Shown here: positions 18,306-27,871 of the stretch, piece after piece | How positions within the stretch are numbered: the stretch's first letter is position 1 | Layout: each line of letters opens with the position of its first letter | DNA from: a virus | Taxonomy: Duplodnaviria > Caudoviricetes | Reading direction: 5' to 3' (one strand) | Length of the DNA stretch: 60,476 nucleotides | Virus record (IMG/VR): IMGVR_UViG_3300048996_000064 | Coordinates: 1 to 60,476 of that record | Made by a program: the position numbers and the translations under genes | Notes under the pieces: model-generated | Database searches by the model: none | Seen by the model: the letters and a program-made list of their open reading frames with translations, nothing else | Told to the model about the DNA's origin: nothing

Positions 18306-18692
18306 ATGAGTGATAAAAACGCAACATCAATAGATCATTTACTATTCCCTCGTTATAAGATAATAGCTGATTATCCCGGAAATCCACATAAGGTTGGCCA
18401 TATCCTTGAATATGCAAGGGGTGACGATTGGGATAAAAAGCATATTGAAACCTGTAAAAAGTATCCTCACCTATTTAAGGAACTTGCTTGGCACGAGGAA
18501 AGACCGAAAGAAGATATGCCTAAGTATATAAAACATGGCGGTGTGGTATATCCATTAACCGGGGAAAAGATTGAACGCTACCGGGACAGAATAATTGTAA
18601 TCTATCCTCTGACAGAATCTGATATTATGTTTTCAGATAGCCTACCAGCAACCGAAACCGATTATCTCAAGTATATAAACCAAAAACAATGA
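18306..18692 (+). CDS. Hypothetical phage protein
   Basis: PRYKIIADYP...YPHLFKELAWHE. Confidence 0.55.
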   Translation: MSDKNATSIDHLLFPRYKIIADYPGNPHKVGHILEYARGDDWDKKHIETCKKYPHLFKELAWHEERPKEDMPKYIKHGGVVYPLTGEKIERYRDRIIVIYPLTESDIMFSDSLPATETDYLKYINQKQ

Positions 18693-19393
18693 CCCCATAC
18701 TACCTCTATTCAAATGGTAAGCTAAAGAAAGTGGAGAAGGAGAAGCCCGAGAAGTGGCATATTTTTGCTCCTCATTATGATTCTAAAAGAGATATAACAC
18801 CCGAATATGAAGGCAAGCTACTGGAATGGCGAGATTATGTTGCGACACTTCAACCAATCGAAGTTCATCCTGACCTCCAAGCTATCTGGAAAGAAGGAGA
18901 GAAATATTACCCCGGAAAGGATTTCAAATGGGGTACAGCCCCCGATAATAGGAAAGTCGTATACGATGACGAGGATGATTATAAGCTGGCACAATATGAG
19001 GCAAAGCATGAATTATCACCTACTCCTAAATCGATGGCCATCCCTCTACCAGTAGAATCAGAAGAAAGCCAGGAGGAAGACATATATGTTATGTTTCAGG
19101 ACTTGGTAACTCAGACGGGAATTAAGGATAGTATATTAATTGAGGCATATTATAAAGGGAATCTTAGCGAAGAATTAAGAGATAGAATCAGGAAGCAATA
19201 CCCTAAAATTGAATGGTGCATAGTAGAATCCGAATCTACCTATCCTCTAACACAGAAGCAAATGGAGGATATATGGGATCATGCTGTATTGCATTGCGAA
19301 ACAAAGGGAAATGATTCACTTTTGAAACAGATAATCTCACCCGACAAAGCCGCTTATCTAAAACAGCATTTCAACATCACTATTAAAGAGTAA
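18689..19393 (+). CDS. Hypothetical phage protein
   Basis: ATGA-coupled 234-aa ORF. Confidence 0.55.
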   Translation: MTPYYLYSNGKLKKVEKEKPEKWHIFAPHYDSKRDITPEYEGKLLEWRDYVATLQPIEVHPDLQAIWKEGEKYYPGKDFKWGTAPDNRKVVYDDEDDYKLAQYEAKHELSPTPKSMAIPLPVESEESQEEDIYVMFQDLVTQTGIKDSILIEAYYKGNLSEELRDRIRKQYPKIEWCIVESESTYPLTQKQMEDIWDHAVLHCETKGNDSLLKQIISPDKAAYLKQHFNITIKE

Positions 19394-19397
19394 TACT

Positions 19398-19697
19398 ATG
19401 GCGGTCTACGTTGATGACATGTACACCATATCTCGTGGGAAATTCGGTCGTATGAAAATGTCACATATGGCTGCTGATACCCATGAAGAATTAATTGAAA
19501 TGGCAAAAAAAATCGGTGTTAATACAAAATGGATTCAGGATGAAGGTAAAGGAAGTGAACACTTTGATATTGCAATGTCTAAGCGTGAATTAGCAATTAA
19601 ACATGGTACGATAGCCATAGGTATGCGTGTGCTTTGTCTTGCTAGGATTAAACGTAAATCACCAAACGAAAAATTAATTATAAAAGAAAAAGAGTAA
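19398..19697 (+). CDS. DUF4031 protein
   Basis: MAVYVDD...MSHMAADT.EEL..MA.KIG...WIQ....EHFDI...KR..AI..G. Confidence 0.85.
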   Translation: MAVYVDDMYTISRGKFGRMKMSHMAADTHEELIEMAKKIGVNTKWIQDEGKGSEHFDIAMSKRELAIKHGTIAIGMRVLCLARIKRKSPNEKLIIKEKE

Positions 19698-19701
19698 TAC
19701 T

Positions 19702-19896
19702 ATGGAAAAAGAATTAACACCAGAAGACAAATCTGAACAAGAGTTGGCTGACAAAATAAATGGACTGCTAAAGGAAAAATTTGGCATGGACTTGAATAGA
19801 GGTTGCGGGGTAACTCTTGAAAAGAGCCACTATATCGGAGATCGAACAAGAGAGATTGATGAAGAACTGAAACAACTTAAAACGCCTAAACAGTAA
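19702..19896 (+). CDS. Hypothetical phage protein
   Basis: 64-aa ORF in operon. Confidence 0.45.
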   Translation: MEKELTPEDKSEQELADKINGLLKEKFGMDLNRGCGVTLEKSHYIGDRTREIDEELKQLKTPKQ

Positions 19897-19901
19897 CTAC
19901 T

Positions 19902-20834
19902 ATGGAATGGATAAAAGCGATTAAAAGACTTCCCGAACCAGAAATGAAAGGGATTATATTTCGGAACATTATTACGGGAAAAGTTTTGGATATTCATTCG
20001 TATTGGAGCGAAAAATATTTAGAATTAAATGACGCTGATAAAATTGGTAAGCCAGTTGGAACGCTTATTGAAAAAATAGATGTTGAATGGCTTGACGAAT
20101 CAAAACCCCTATCCGTCACCTCCAATGTAGAAGAGTTAGCTGCATATTTAGAAAAATACCGGCACGATGAATCAATGACAAGTCACAGGATTGCATATAA
20201 GATATTATCTAGTGCAGGTAAAAGGCCTGTTGATGCCGTTGAGTTAGCTAAAGAAGTTTGGGCTATGACAATGGCTTACGCAAATAATCTTTGTATTCAA
20301 TTGGCAAATGCTTTCAATAGTGACGATGAAATAGAAAAGGCGACTGCCGCCAGCGGATGCGCTTTAAAAATCCGGACAGAAATAGACGATCCGCACCCCG
20401 ATATAATTAAATACGCTCAGCAGTTTCAGCCTCCTGCTACCCTATCAGCATCTATTATCGAAGCATTGGAGAAAGCTAATCCGTATTTGCAACCATTTGG
20501 TTATCACAAAATAGGTTATTCATGTGCGGTATCCAAACTCCGTGAACTTATATCATCCCAACCGCCAAATGTTTTAGATGGTATTCAAAAGTCTCTTGCT
20601 AAAGACTGGGATGATGAAGCAAATTATTCAATATCTCCTTCACCAGATATTAGTTTATTGATAGAATCATTGAAAGAGTGTGATGATTATTTAAACCAAC
20701 ATCACTTTGCATGGGGGATTCCCGTTTATCCGAATAACATTGGAGCAAACTCTATTCTGCATACGAAAATAAAACACGCTCTTTCCCAATACAACAACAA
20801 TCAAGGGAAAGAAGAAAAGGAGGAACAACTATGA
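19902..20834 (+). CDS. Modular hypothetical phage protein
   Basis: N-terminal ~67 aa closely match an internal segment of 17267..17836. Confidence 0.6.
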   Translation: MEWIKAIKRLPEPEMKGIIFRNIITGKVLDIHSYWSEKYLELNDADKIGKPVGTLIEKIDVEWLDESKPLSVTSNVEELAAYLEKYRHDESMTSHRIAYKILSSAGKRPVDAVELAKEVWAMTMAYANNLCIQLANAFNSDDEIEKATAASGCALKIRTEIDDPHPDIIKYAQQFQPPATLSASIIEALEKANPYLQPFGYHKIGYSCAVSKLRELISSQPPNVLDGIQKSLAKDWDDEANYSISPSPDISLLIESLKECDDYLNQHHFAWGIPVYPNNIGANSILHTKIKHALSQYNNNQGKEEKEEQL

Positions 20835-21067
20835 ACTTTGATATATTAATACCTACGCAAGAACAACAAACTGCCTATAATTTATTGGAATATTCTGATA
20901 ATATAATGGAAGCAGGATTTTCATTGGCAAAAAAACTTGCTGTACAAATTGCAGATGCTAAATATTGGGAAGCCTACGATTGCGAAAAAGCAGAACGTCA
21001 GGAATATTGGCGGCAAGTGAAGATCAGGCTTGATACTATTGATAATTTCACCGCAAACAATCCATAG
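20831..21067 (+). CDS. Hypothetical phage protein
   Basis: AKKLA...YWRQVK pattern; ATGA-coupled. Confidence 0.5.
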   Translation: MNFDILIPTQEQQTAYNLLEYSDNIMEAGFSLAKKLAVQIADAKYWEAYDCEKAERQEYWRQVKIRLDTIDNFTANNP

Positions 21068-21074
21068 ATATACC

Positions 21075-21596
21075 ATGAGTACAGACCTTTTTGAAAAAGT
21101 AGAAAGCGGGGCAGAGTTCAGCGACTGCCGAAAATACAGATTTGCGCTTTGGCGTATTTGGGATAACTCAAAGCCATTGATAATGTTTATTGGCCTCAAC
21201 CCGTCTACTGCTAACGAAACAGAACCAGACAATACAATTAAATCAGTTACCAGACTCTCAAAGAATTTGGGATACGGCGGCTTTTACATGATGAATTGCT
21301 TTCCATTTGTATCAACCGACCCTGACGCTTTAAAGGATTACGACAAAGAAGTATTCAGCCAGCACCAGTTTTTCATAAATAATCAGAAGCTAAAGGCAGT
21401 CGCAGTCCTGTGTAAGGATATTGTTTTTGCATGGGGAAATTTCGATGTAGTTAAAGATTTGCGCCGGGACAAAGAACTGTTGCAAATGTTCCCGGAGGCA
21501 AAGGCGTTGATATTAAATAAAAACGGCTCTCCCCGACACCCTTTATATGTTTCAGCCAACACAAAACTTATTCCTTATAAAACTCTACCACAATGA
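21075..21596 (+). CDS. DUF1643 protein
   Basis: SDCRKYRFALWRIWD...FIGLNPSTA...D.TI...AWG...PRHPLY. Confidence 0.88.
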   Translation: MSTDLFEKVESGAEFSDCRKYRFALWRIWDNSKPLIMFIGLNPSTANETEPDNTIKSVTRLSKNLGYGGFYMMNCFPFVSTDPDALKDYDKEVFSQHQFFINNQKLKAVAVLCKDIVFAWGNFDVVKDLRRDKELLQMFPEAKALILNKNGSPRHPLYVSANTKLIPYKTLPQ

Positions 21597-22051
21597 GTAC
21601 ACCTACTATAGTCTATATACCCGTTCCGGTAAGTGAAAAGCCGGAAAAAGATGGCTGGTATACCATCGTTGCTGAAAATGCAATTGATTTAAGCCGGTGG
21701 TTTGATTCAGAGCGTGGATGGGATATTCCAGAAACCGAATACGCCTATACTTACTGGCTCAAACCAGTACAAATATCCTCAGATAGCCCGGTGCAGAAAG
21801 TTATTGATTGGATACAGGGAAATTCATCAGACATTGAGAGTAGTAATATGAGGGCGGCAATGCAAATGGTTGCAGATTATCTCAAACACAACAACCTCCC
21901 CGCAGACCTTGCAAGATCAGCCAGAATCCAGCAGTTAGAACAAGATGTTGAAACTTTCAAAGATGCAATGATAGAAAGAAATGATGCTTATAATAAATCA
22001 TGTGTTAGAATAAAAGAACTGGAAACAGAACTCAAAAAGTTTAACCCATGA
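21593..22051 (+). CDS. Hypothetical phage protein
   Basis: VSEKPEKDGWY...TYWLKP followed by a coiled coil. Confidence 0.55.
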   Translation: MSTPTIVYIPVPVSEKPEKDGWYTIVAENAIDLSRWFDSERGWDIPETEYAYTYWLKPVQISSDSPVQKVIDWIQGNSSDIESSNMRAAMQMVADYLKHNNLPADLARSARIQQLEQDVETFKDAMIERNDAYNKSCVRIKELETELKKFNP

Positions 22052-22067
22052 ATGAAAAGAAACTACA

Positions 22068-22373
22068 GTGAGGGCCCGCAAAACTGATAGCAACCAGGCA
22101 GAACTCGTAAAGCAAATGAGAAAGATAGGGATATCTGTTTTCATAACCTCAGGCGTAGGCGATGGTTTTCCGGATGTGGTAGCAGGGCTCAGAGGGAATA
22201 ACTACCTGTTTGAAATCAAAGATCCAAATAAATGCCCGAGCGCAAGAAAGCTGACACCCGACGAGCAAGACTTTTTTAACACTTGGAAAGGGAGTGTTCA
22301 TAAAGTGGAAACTATTGAAGATGTGATCAAAATTGTAAACTCTTTAAACACATATTATGGACAAACTAACTGA
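22068..22373 (+). CDS. VRR-NUC-like PD-(D/E)XK nuclease (resolvase-like)
   Basis: RKTDSNQ...GFPDVVAG...LFEIKD...KLTPDEQ.F...W.G. Confidence 0.8.
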   Translation: MRARKTDSNQAELVKQMRKIGISVFITSGVGDGFPDVVAGLRGNNYLFEIKDPNKCPSARKLTPDEQDFFNTWKGSVHKVETIEDVIKIVNSLNTYYGQTN

Positions 22374-22704
22374 ATTATTACAACAACTGGCCAATAAGCT
22401 AGGAACAACGGTTGAACATCTTTGGATGGTACTAACCCGGCAAGGTCAAATTGAAGCGGTAAAATCAATGATCATTTTCGGAGTTGCAATTTTATTTGCT
22501 GTGTTATATGCTCTTCTTCTTAGAAATAAATATGCTATTTTAAAAGAAGAAGACAACGACCTGTTAGGCTTTGTTTTTTTATTTACTGGGCTTGGGGGTA
22601 TTATATATTTATCTGTGACTGCCTGCCAATTTGTAAGCGACATCGACGGCTTACTGAATCCAGAATACTGGGCGCTAGAACATATCATAAAAAAGCTAAA
22701 ATAA
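22357..22704 (+). CDS. Two-TM membrane protein
   Basis: LANKLGTTVEHLW..L; two hydrophobic helices; NPEYWAL. Confidence 0.6.
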   Translation: MDKLTELLQQLANKLGTTVEHLWMVLTRQGQIEAVKSMIIFGVAILFAVLYALLLRNKYAILKEEDNDLLGFVFLFTGLGGIIYLSVTACQFVSDIDGLLNPEYWALEHIIKKLK

Positions 22705-22739
22705 TAAACAAGCATTGCTGATTTAAATCAACTGGTAAA

Positions 22740-22895
22740 ATGAAAAAACGATTATTAAAACTGTTCCTGGCTATACCCATTACCCTGTTTGGCTTTTTGG
22801 TATTATCCGCTTCACTTCCTTATTGGCTGGCAACAGGAAAGTTTTTAGGAGATATGTATCTAAGCTGGGCGTCTGATTATTTCGAGAATCTGTGA
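22740..22895 (+). CDS. Small membrane peptide (51 aa; not in ORF track)
   Basis: MKKRLLKLFLAIPITLFGFLVLSASLPYWLATGKFLGDMYLSWASDYFENL. Confidence 0.45.
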   Translation: MKKRLLKLFLAIPITLFGFLVLSASLPYWLATGKFLGDMYLSWASDYFENL

Positions 22896-23128
22896 AAATG
22901 AATTATCCTGAAATGAAATACATCATTCAAAAGAAAGTCCGGTCATCAAACTATTTCTTTTCAGAAAGGACAGCTAACTGGCAGGGATTAAAGGAGAACG
23001 CAACAGCCCTTACTCATTCAGCGGCAATTGGATGGAAAACATTTTTACAGGAATCTTATCCGGAACAAACATTTGAGATCATCCCCTATGATAGACTGGA
23101 ACAATTAACTACCGATGCTTCAACCTAA
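22892..23128 (+). CDS. Hypothetical phage protein
   Basis: 78-aa ORF in operon. Confidence 0.45.
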   Translation: MKMNYPEMKYIIQKKVRSSNYFFSERTANWQGLKENATALTHSAAIGWKTFLQESYPEQTFEIIPYDRLEQLTTDAST

Positions 23129-23342
23129 ACTATCAACCAGGTTTACCGAAGACTTTCATCATGTCAGCGACAACGAAACAGTCTATGAGATACTGTATTC
23201 CTACGATAACCCAGAAAGCTCAACAGCCTATCCCGAACAAAACAAAGCCTCTAAAGTACCCCTTAACTTCCCTATATGGCTTCATAAAGAAAACTGCCAG
23301 AGAGAATGTAATAAGAGAAATATTAAACCCATTGAGAGATGA
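23115..23342 (+). CDS. Hypothetical phage protein
   Basis: 75-aa ORF; stop overlaps the next ATG. Confidence 0.4.
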   Translation: MLQPKLSTRFTEDFHHVSDNETVYEILYSYDNPESSTAYPEQNKASKVPLNFPIWLHKENCQRECNKRNIKPIER

Positions 23343-23581
23343 AAAACGCACGTAGAAACTGGATAAAAGAAAGGCTCAAGTACTTCCGCAAGCAAAAGAA
23401 CCTTCAGCCAAAAGATGTGGCGGAAAAGATAAACATCAAAACAAAGACCTACTCAGCACATGAAGAAGGAAGATCAGAGCCTGATCTTTTCCGCTTAAAA
23501 GACATCTGTGCAATCTACAGTATTACCGTGGATGAGTTCCTGGATGGTTGCCCCTCACAAGTTACCCAATCATCTTGCTAA
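23339..23581 (+). CDS. XRE-family HTH regulator
   Basis: LKYFRKQKNLQPKDVAEKINIKTKTYSAHEEGRSEP. Confidence 0.85.
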   Translation: MKNARRNWIKERLKYFRKQKNLQPKDVAEKINIKTKTYSAHEEGRSEPDLFRLKDICAIYSITVDEFLDGCPSQVTQSSC

Positions 23582-23584
23582 CAA

Positions 23585-23615
23585 TTTGAGACGCTACTAT
23601 TCTGCTTTAGCTTTA
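23585..23615 (+). promoter_or_regulatory. Candidate late promoter upstream of terS
   Basis: TTTG (23585-88) + 19 nt + TAGCTTTA (23608-15), a variant of the Bacteroidetes TTTG/TAnnTTTG promoter; TAGCTTTATA recurs at 37372. Confidence 0.45.
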
Positions 23616-23633
23616 TAGATTAATTTATTTTGA

Positions 23634-24212
23634 ATGGCAGACGAGCAGGAAAAGAAATCTTTAACGGAGAAACAAGAGAAATTTTGCCAGGAATATCTTA
23701 TTGACCTGAACGCTACTCAGGCGGCAATTAGAGCCGGTTACTCAGAAAACACTTCTTACTCTATCGGATGGGAAAACTTGAGGAAACCTGAAATCCAAAC
23801 CCGGATTCAGGACTTACGTGACGAGATGGCCAAGGGTTTCAACATTACAAAAGAAAGAATAATTGAGGAGTACAGGCGGCTTGCATTCTTTGATATCAGA
23901 AAAATCCATACAGCGGACGGAGGTCTAAAATCAGTAACTGATTTTGATGATGATTCTGCAGCAGCTGTAGCGGGTATAGAGGTTTACGAAGAGGACCTTA
24001 AATCTGATGATCCGGGGGAGCAAATTACAATAGGAAGGCTCAAGAAAATAAAGCTAGCGAACAAGAAAGATGCCCTTGATTCTTTGTGCAAAGTGTTGGG
24101 ATATAACCCGCCTGATAAAAAAGAACTTACGGGCAAAGATGGCACTGAGCTATTTCCTCAACCTATTATCAACTACCACTATCCAAACACTGTTCAAAAA
24201 GAATCTACGTGA
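23634..24212 (+). CDS. terS: Terminase small subunit
   Basis: LTEKQEKFCQEYLIDLNATQAAIRAGYS..T...GWENLRKPEI; ELTGKDG. Confidence 0.95.
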   Translation: MADEQEKKSLTEKQEKFCQEYLIDLNATQAAIRAGYSENTSYSIGWENLRKPEIQTRIQDLRDEMAKGFNITKERIIEEYRRLAFFDIRKIHTADGGLKSVTDFDDDSAAAVAGIEVYEEDLKSDDPGEQITIGRLKKIKLANKKDALDSLCKVLGYNPPDKKELTGKDGTELFPQPIINYHYPNTVQKEST

Positions 24213-24751
24213 TTCATTTTACTACGCCGTTCAGAGCGGATAAAAATTTAGGGAAAGCTTACAATGATGCCATGGCATTTATACCGGACGGTGATCATAA
24301 CTGCATGCGGGATATAGATACCCTATTCCTTACCCCGGACCAGCCAGTTATCATTGAGCAATATGTGAATGAATACCCGAATGCTGTTTTAACCTGCTTT
24401 ACAAACCGGCTGAGCCAGCTGTCAAGGCCACAGTTACTGGGCGAAATAGTTAGCGAAGAATCTGATATCAGGGAGCATATAAGGCTTGCAGAATTACAGG
24501 CAGAAAAATACAGGGTATCAAAAATGGCAACGGAGATCCATAGGGATATATCCGGTATGCTGATGGTGGTGCCTAAATCTGTTTGGCAAAAAGTTCCTTT
24601 CCCTGAAGAGGGTAAATGTCTTGGTGTTGATACTTATTGGGGCAGAAAGATCAGGGAGGAATACATTCAGATTCTACGGATGGATGCGATTTATATCTTC
24701 CATACCTACAGGATGTCGAAAGGAATTCATGATAAAAGTCATTTAAAGTGA
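24209..24751 (+). CDS. GT-A fold (GT2-like) glycosyltransferase
   Basis: NLGKAYN, DID (DxD), SGMLMVV..W..V.F.E...GVD, YIFH. Confidence 0.7.
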   Translation: MIHFTTPFRADKNLGKAYNDAMAFIPDGDHNCMRDIDTLFLTPDQPVIIEQYVNEYPNAVLTCFTNRLSQLSRPQLLGEIVSEESDIREHIRLAELQAEKYRVSKMATEIHRDISGMLMVVPKSVWQKVPFPEEGKCLGVDTYWGRKIREEYIQILRMDAIYIFHTYRMSKGIHDKSHLK

Positions 24752-25500
24752 CGAATAACGAACTCTATTATACTATCCAGCAAAGAACCCTAAAAAAAGA
24801 GCCCACATCTGTTGTCAGAATGGGTGACGGAGAAGCTATTGTGCTGAATGGGTATAACGATGAATCAAAGCTGCAATGGGTATTTAACAGGCAATTAGGT
24901 TACATACCAACACCCGAACAGGTTACGGCTATTCAAAATAACCTTGTCCGTGCCTATTCCGATGCCGACTATATTGGCGTCCCACAACACAAGAGAGAAG
25001 GATTAAACCCCTACTGGTACAGATGCATGGAAATACTCGAAGAAAAAACAGGGAGCCTGGATGACCGCAAAATGACTTCTGTTGACTTTCATAATGACTG
25101 GCTTGCTGCTGGTTATTTCGATAAGCTATTAGAGGGGTTGGATACGCTGTGTTACATCTCCTGCAGAAATCTTGATGACAGATTCAGGGAAAGATTCGGA
25201 ATTAAGAATATTCACTCTTTCATTATTGCCCCTGAGATGAAGTTTACCCCCGGTTACGCGGGAGAAAAGCATTACCCCGATCAATACCAGAAGATCAAGG
25301 AATCGATGAGAACTATCCCAATCCCCGGAAACCTGTGTCTGGTCGGTGCAGGTGTTGTCGGTAAGGTGTATAATACATGGTTCAAAGAAGCGGGCGGTAT
25401 ATCGCTGGATATCGGGAATGTGTTTGACGCATGGGCAGGGCTTGTAACAAGGGGAAGAGATCGTGGTGTGGGCGTAACTGATGAAACTTATAAACTATGA
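24748..25500 (+). CDS. GT-D fold (DUF1792-like) glycosyltransferase
   Basis: SVVRMGDGE N-terminal motif; LVGAGVVGK...GGISLDIGNVFD C-terminal motif. Confidence 0.75.
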   Translation: MTNNELYYTIQQRTLKKEPTSVVRMGDGEAIVLNGYNDESKLQWVFNRQLGYIPTPEQVTAIQNNLVRAYSDADYIGVPQHKREGLNPYWYRCMEILEEKTGSLDDRKMTSVDFHNDWLAAGYFDKLLEGLDTLCYISCRNLDDRFRERFGIKNIHSFIIAPEMKFTPGYAGEKHYPDQYQKIKESMRTIPIPGNLCLVGAGVVGKVYNTWFKEAGGISLDIGNVFDAWAGLVTRGRDRGVGVTDETYKL

Positions 25501-25626
25501 TGGTTAGATTATTGAAATGCCTATTGTTGTTTCCTATATGCAGCTTTAATACATGCATAGTTCTTCCATTCTTTATTTTCAGGTGGATTATTTCAGGGAA
25601 AAAATTGGAGAACCTTTATTTTTAAA
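25497..25626 (+). CDS. Small hydrophobic peptide (~42 aa; possibly frameshifted)
   Basis: MMVRLLKCLLLFPICSFNTCIVLPFFIFRWIISGKK; fills the gap in the operon; resembles 22740..22895. Confidence 0.35.
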
Positions 25627-25649
25627 ATGGTTATTCGGACACTAACATT

Positions 25650-26291
25650 ATGAAAGTAGCAATCCTCACAGCCTCCATCGGTGGTATCGATGAAATAAAA
25701 GGCATACCAAAGCAGACCATTGATGTGGATTACTACGCCTATTTTGATAATAACCTGCCCTATCCACTTCCAAATCTGAACAACAGGCTCAAATCAAAGT
25801 ACCTGAAAATTCAGACACACAGATTCTTACAAGGTTATGATTACTATATCTGGATCGATGGCAGAATAGAAATAAAGGCTGATGTGTTTGCAGAAGAAAT
25901 GATCAAGGCTTTAGGGAATGATGATGTGGCCTTATTCCCGCACCCCGAAAGGAAGACAATAGGAAAAGAGTATGAATTTATATCTGGAGAAATAAAAGCC
26001 GGCAACCCTTACCTGACTAGCAGATACGCTAACCAGGTAATGGAGCATGAGATGAAATGGGTTCATACAGGCATAATGTGGAGTAACCCCCTTTATTCCT
26101 GTAATGTTTTTATCAGGAAAGCAAACCCAAAGGTGGATGAAGCTTTTAACGAATGGTGGTCCCGCTGCATCGAGTTCAGCAACTTTGACCAGTGCATGTT
26201 CAGTTGCACAGTCCCGTATCTGTGTAAGGTGAAAGCTTTAGATCGAATGGATTTTAGGAAACAGTTTGAAATAGGAAGCCACATAAAATGA
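25650..26291 (+). CDS. DUF616-like putative glycosyltransferase
   Basis: ILTASIGGID...SKYLKI..H.F...YDYYIWIDG...HPER...E...WW...DQ. Confidence 0.7.
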   Translation: MKVAILTASIGGIDEIKGIPKQTIDVDYYAYFDNNLPYPLPNLNNRLKSKYLKIQTHRFLQGYDYYIWIDGRIEIKADVFAEEMIKALGNDDVALFPHPERKTIGKEYEFISGEIKAGNPYLTSRYANQVMEHEMKWVHTGIMWSNPLYSCNVFIRKANPKVDEAFNEWWSRCIEFSNFDQCMFSCTVPYLCKVKALDRMDFRKQFEIGSHIK

Positions 26292-26743
26292 TCGAGATAT
26301 ATTCCAAAGTAAACCCGGATGTTCTTTTACACATTGTTGTGAGAAAAGAAGATTTTGAACCCGGCAGAAAGGATGTAGTGAACAATAACGAGTTTTTGCA
26401 ATGTGCTTTACTGAATATGGAGAAAGGTAAAACCTTCCAGCCACATAAGCATATCTGGAAACAAGGGCCACGAAAAGTAATAGCACAGGAGAGTTGGGTT
26501 TGTTTTAGCGGAAAAGTAAGGTGTATTCTCTATGACCTTAATGATAAGGTAATCGCTGAGCCTATTTTAAAAGCTGGGGATATGTCCATGACCTTTGAAG
26601 GAGCACATACCTATGAAATACTGGAAGATAATACTATGGTGGCTGAGTTTAAGACAGGACCCTACCACGGGCAATTAAAAGATAAAGAGTTTATTCAAAC
26701 AGGAGGAATAGTTCATGATCAAGGTCGTAATTACCACGTCTGA
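26288..26743 (+). CDS. Cupin-fold sugar-modifying protein (WbuC-like)
   Basis: PHKH...QE.W....G......YD...LKAGD......H...E.K.GPY. Confidence 0.7.
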   Translation: MIEIYSKVNPDVLLHIVVRKEDFEPGRKDVVNNNEFLQCALLNMEKGKTFQPHKHIWKQGPRKVIAQESWVCFSGKVRCILYDLNDKVIAEPILKAGDMSMTFEGAHTYEILEDNTMVAEFKTGPYHGQLKDKEFIQTGGIVHDQGRNYHV

Positions 26744-27332
26744 CGCCTACCATCACATACTACCTATTTTCTTCAAGCTATATGTAAGAGAATGGAACTG
26801 GCCTTGTGAGCTTGTAGGTTATAAGAAGCCCGATATGGAGCTACCAGAATGCTGCACATGGGTAAGCCTTGGCGAACAACGAGGACCAAAGTATTTCTCT
26901 GATGACCTAAGGCCTTACTTTAAAAAACAGGATCAGTATTTCGTCTGGCTATTCGAGGATAGCTTTATTAAATCTGTGGATAAAGAGAGGCTGGAATGGT
27001 TGAAAGATAAGTGTGGTAATGTTTGGCAGTTTCAGCCAATTGGTAGAATATGCCTCAGCAGAGAAGGGATGAACAGGCCGCATGTGGTGAATGGTGAATG
27101 GTGGTTTGCAGACCCTAAAAGTTTGTACAGGTTATCTACTCAGCCATCTATCTGGAAAAGGGATTTCCTGCTTCAGTATTTGACGCCGGGACTTACTCCG
27201 TGGGCTTTTGAAAAACAGGAAACCGTAGACGACTGGGCGATCATGGGGCCAATAACAAGCATTGTGAGTCACAACGAAGGAGTTACAAAGAAAGATATTC
27301 ATAAACTAAATTTAGAAGGGATCGTATTATGA
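26715..27332 (+). CDS. Putative GT-A glycosyltransferase
   Basis: VVITTSDAY, WLFEDSFI, YRLSTQPSIWKRDFL, PWAFE. Confidence 0.55.
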   Translation: MIKVVITTSDAYHHILPIFFKLYVREWNWPCELVGYKKPDMELPECCTWVSLGEQRGPKYFSDDLRPYFKKQDQYFVWLFEDSFIKSVDKERLEWLKDKCGNVWQFQPIGRICLSREGMNRPHVVNGEWWFADPKSLYRLSTQPSIWKRDFLLQYLTPGLTPWAFEKQETVDDWAIMGPITSIVSHNEGVTKKDIHKLNLEGIVL

Positions 27333-27871
27333 TAAAGCTACACGTCGGCTGCGGTAAAAGGGACTTTGGTGAAGACTGGATTCATGTGGACGGCGCAAAG
27401 CACCCACATATATCCTGTCATGATGTATATGCGTTTGATGATTTATTTCAACCCAATAGCATTAATCTCATTTACGCAAGTCACATGGTAGAATATTTTG
27501 ACCGTAAAGACGTGGCTAATATACTTGCAAAATGGCATTCACTTATGAGCGAAGGTGGTGTTATCCGTTTAGCTGTCCCCGATTTTGAATCTATTTGGGA
27601 TGAGTACGAATGCTCAAATAATCTCGACTGTTTATTAGGAATGCTCTACGGTAAAATGAAATTGAATGACCAAATTATCTACCATAAAACAATTTACGAT
27701 TTCGATAGCCTGAAGAAAGTACTAGAAGCAGCCGGGTTTAAAGATGTTCGCCGTTACAATTGGGAGCAAACTGACCATGCCCAATTCGACGATCATTCAC
27801 AAGCCTACTTACCCCACATGGACAAAAAAAACGGCAGGCTGATGTCATTAAACGTTGAGGCAACAAAATGA
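27329..27871 (+). CDS. Class I SAM methyltransferase (Methyltransf_11-like)
   Basis: KLHVGCG...WIHVD, IYASHMVEYF, GGVIRLAVPDF. Confidence 0.85.
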   Translation: MIKLHVGCGKRDFGEDWIHVDGAKHPHISCHDVYAFDDLFQPNSINLIYASHMVEYFDRKDVANILAKWHSLMSEGGVIRLAVPDFESIWDEYECSNNLDCLLGMLYGKMKLNDQIIYHKTIYDFDSLKKVLEAAGFKDVRRYNWEQTDHAQFDDHSQAYLPHMDKKNGRLMSLNVEATK

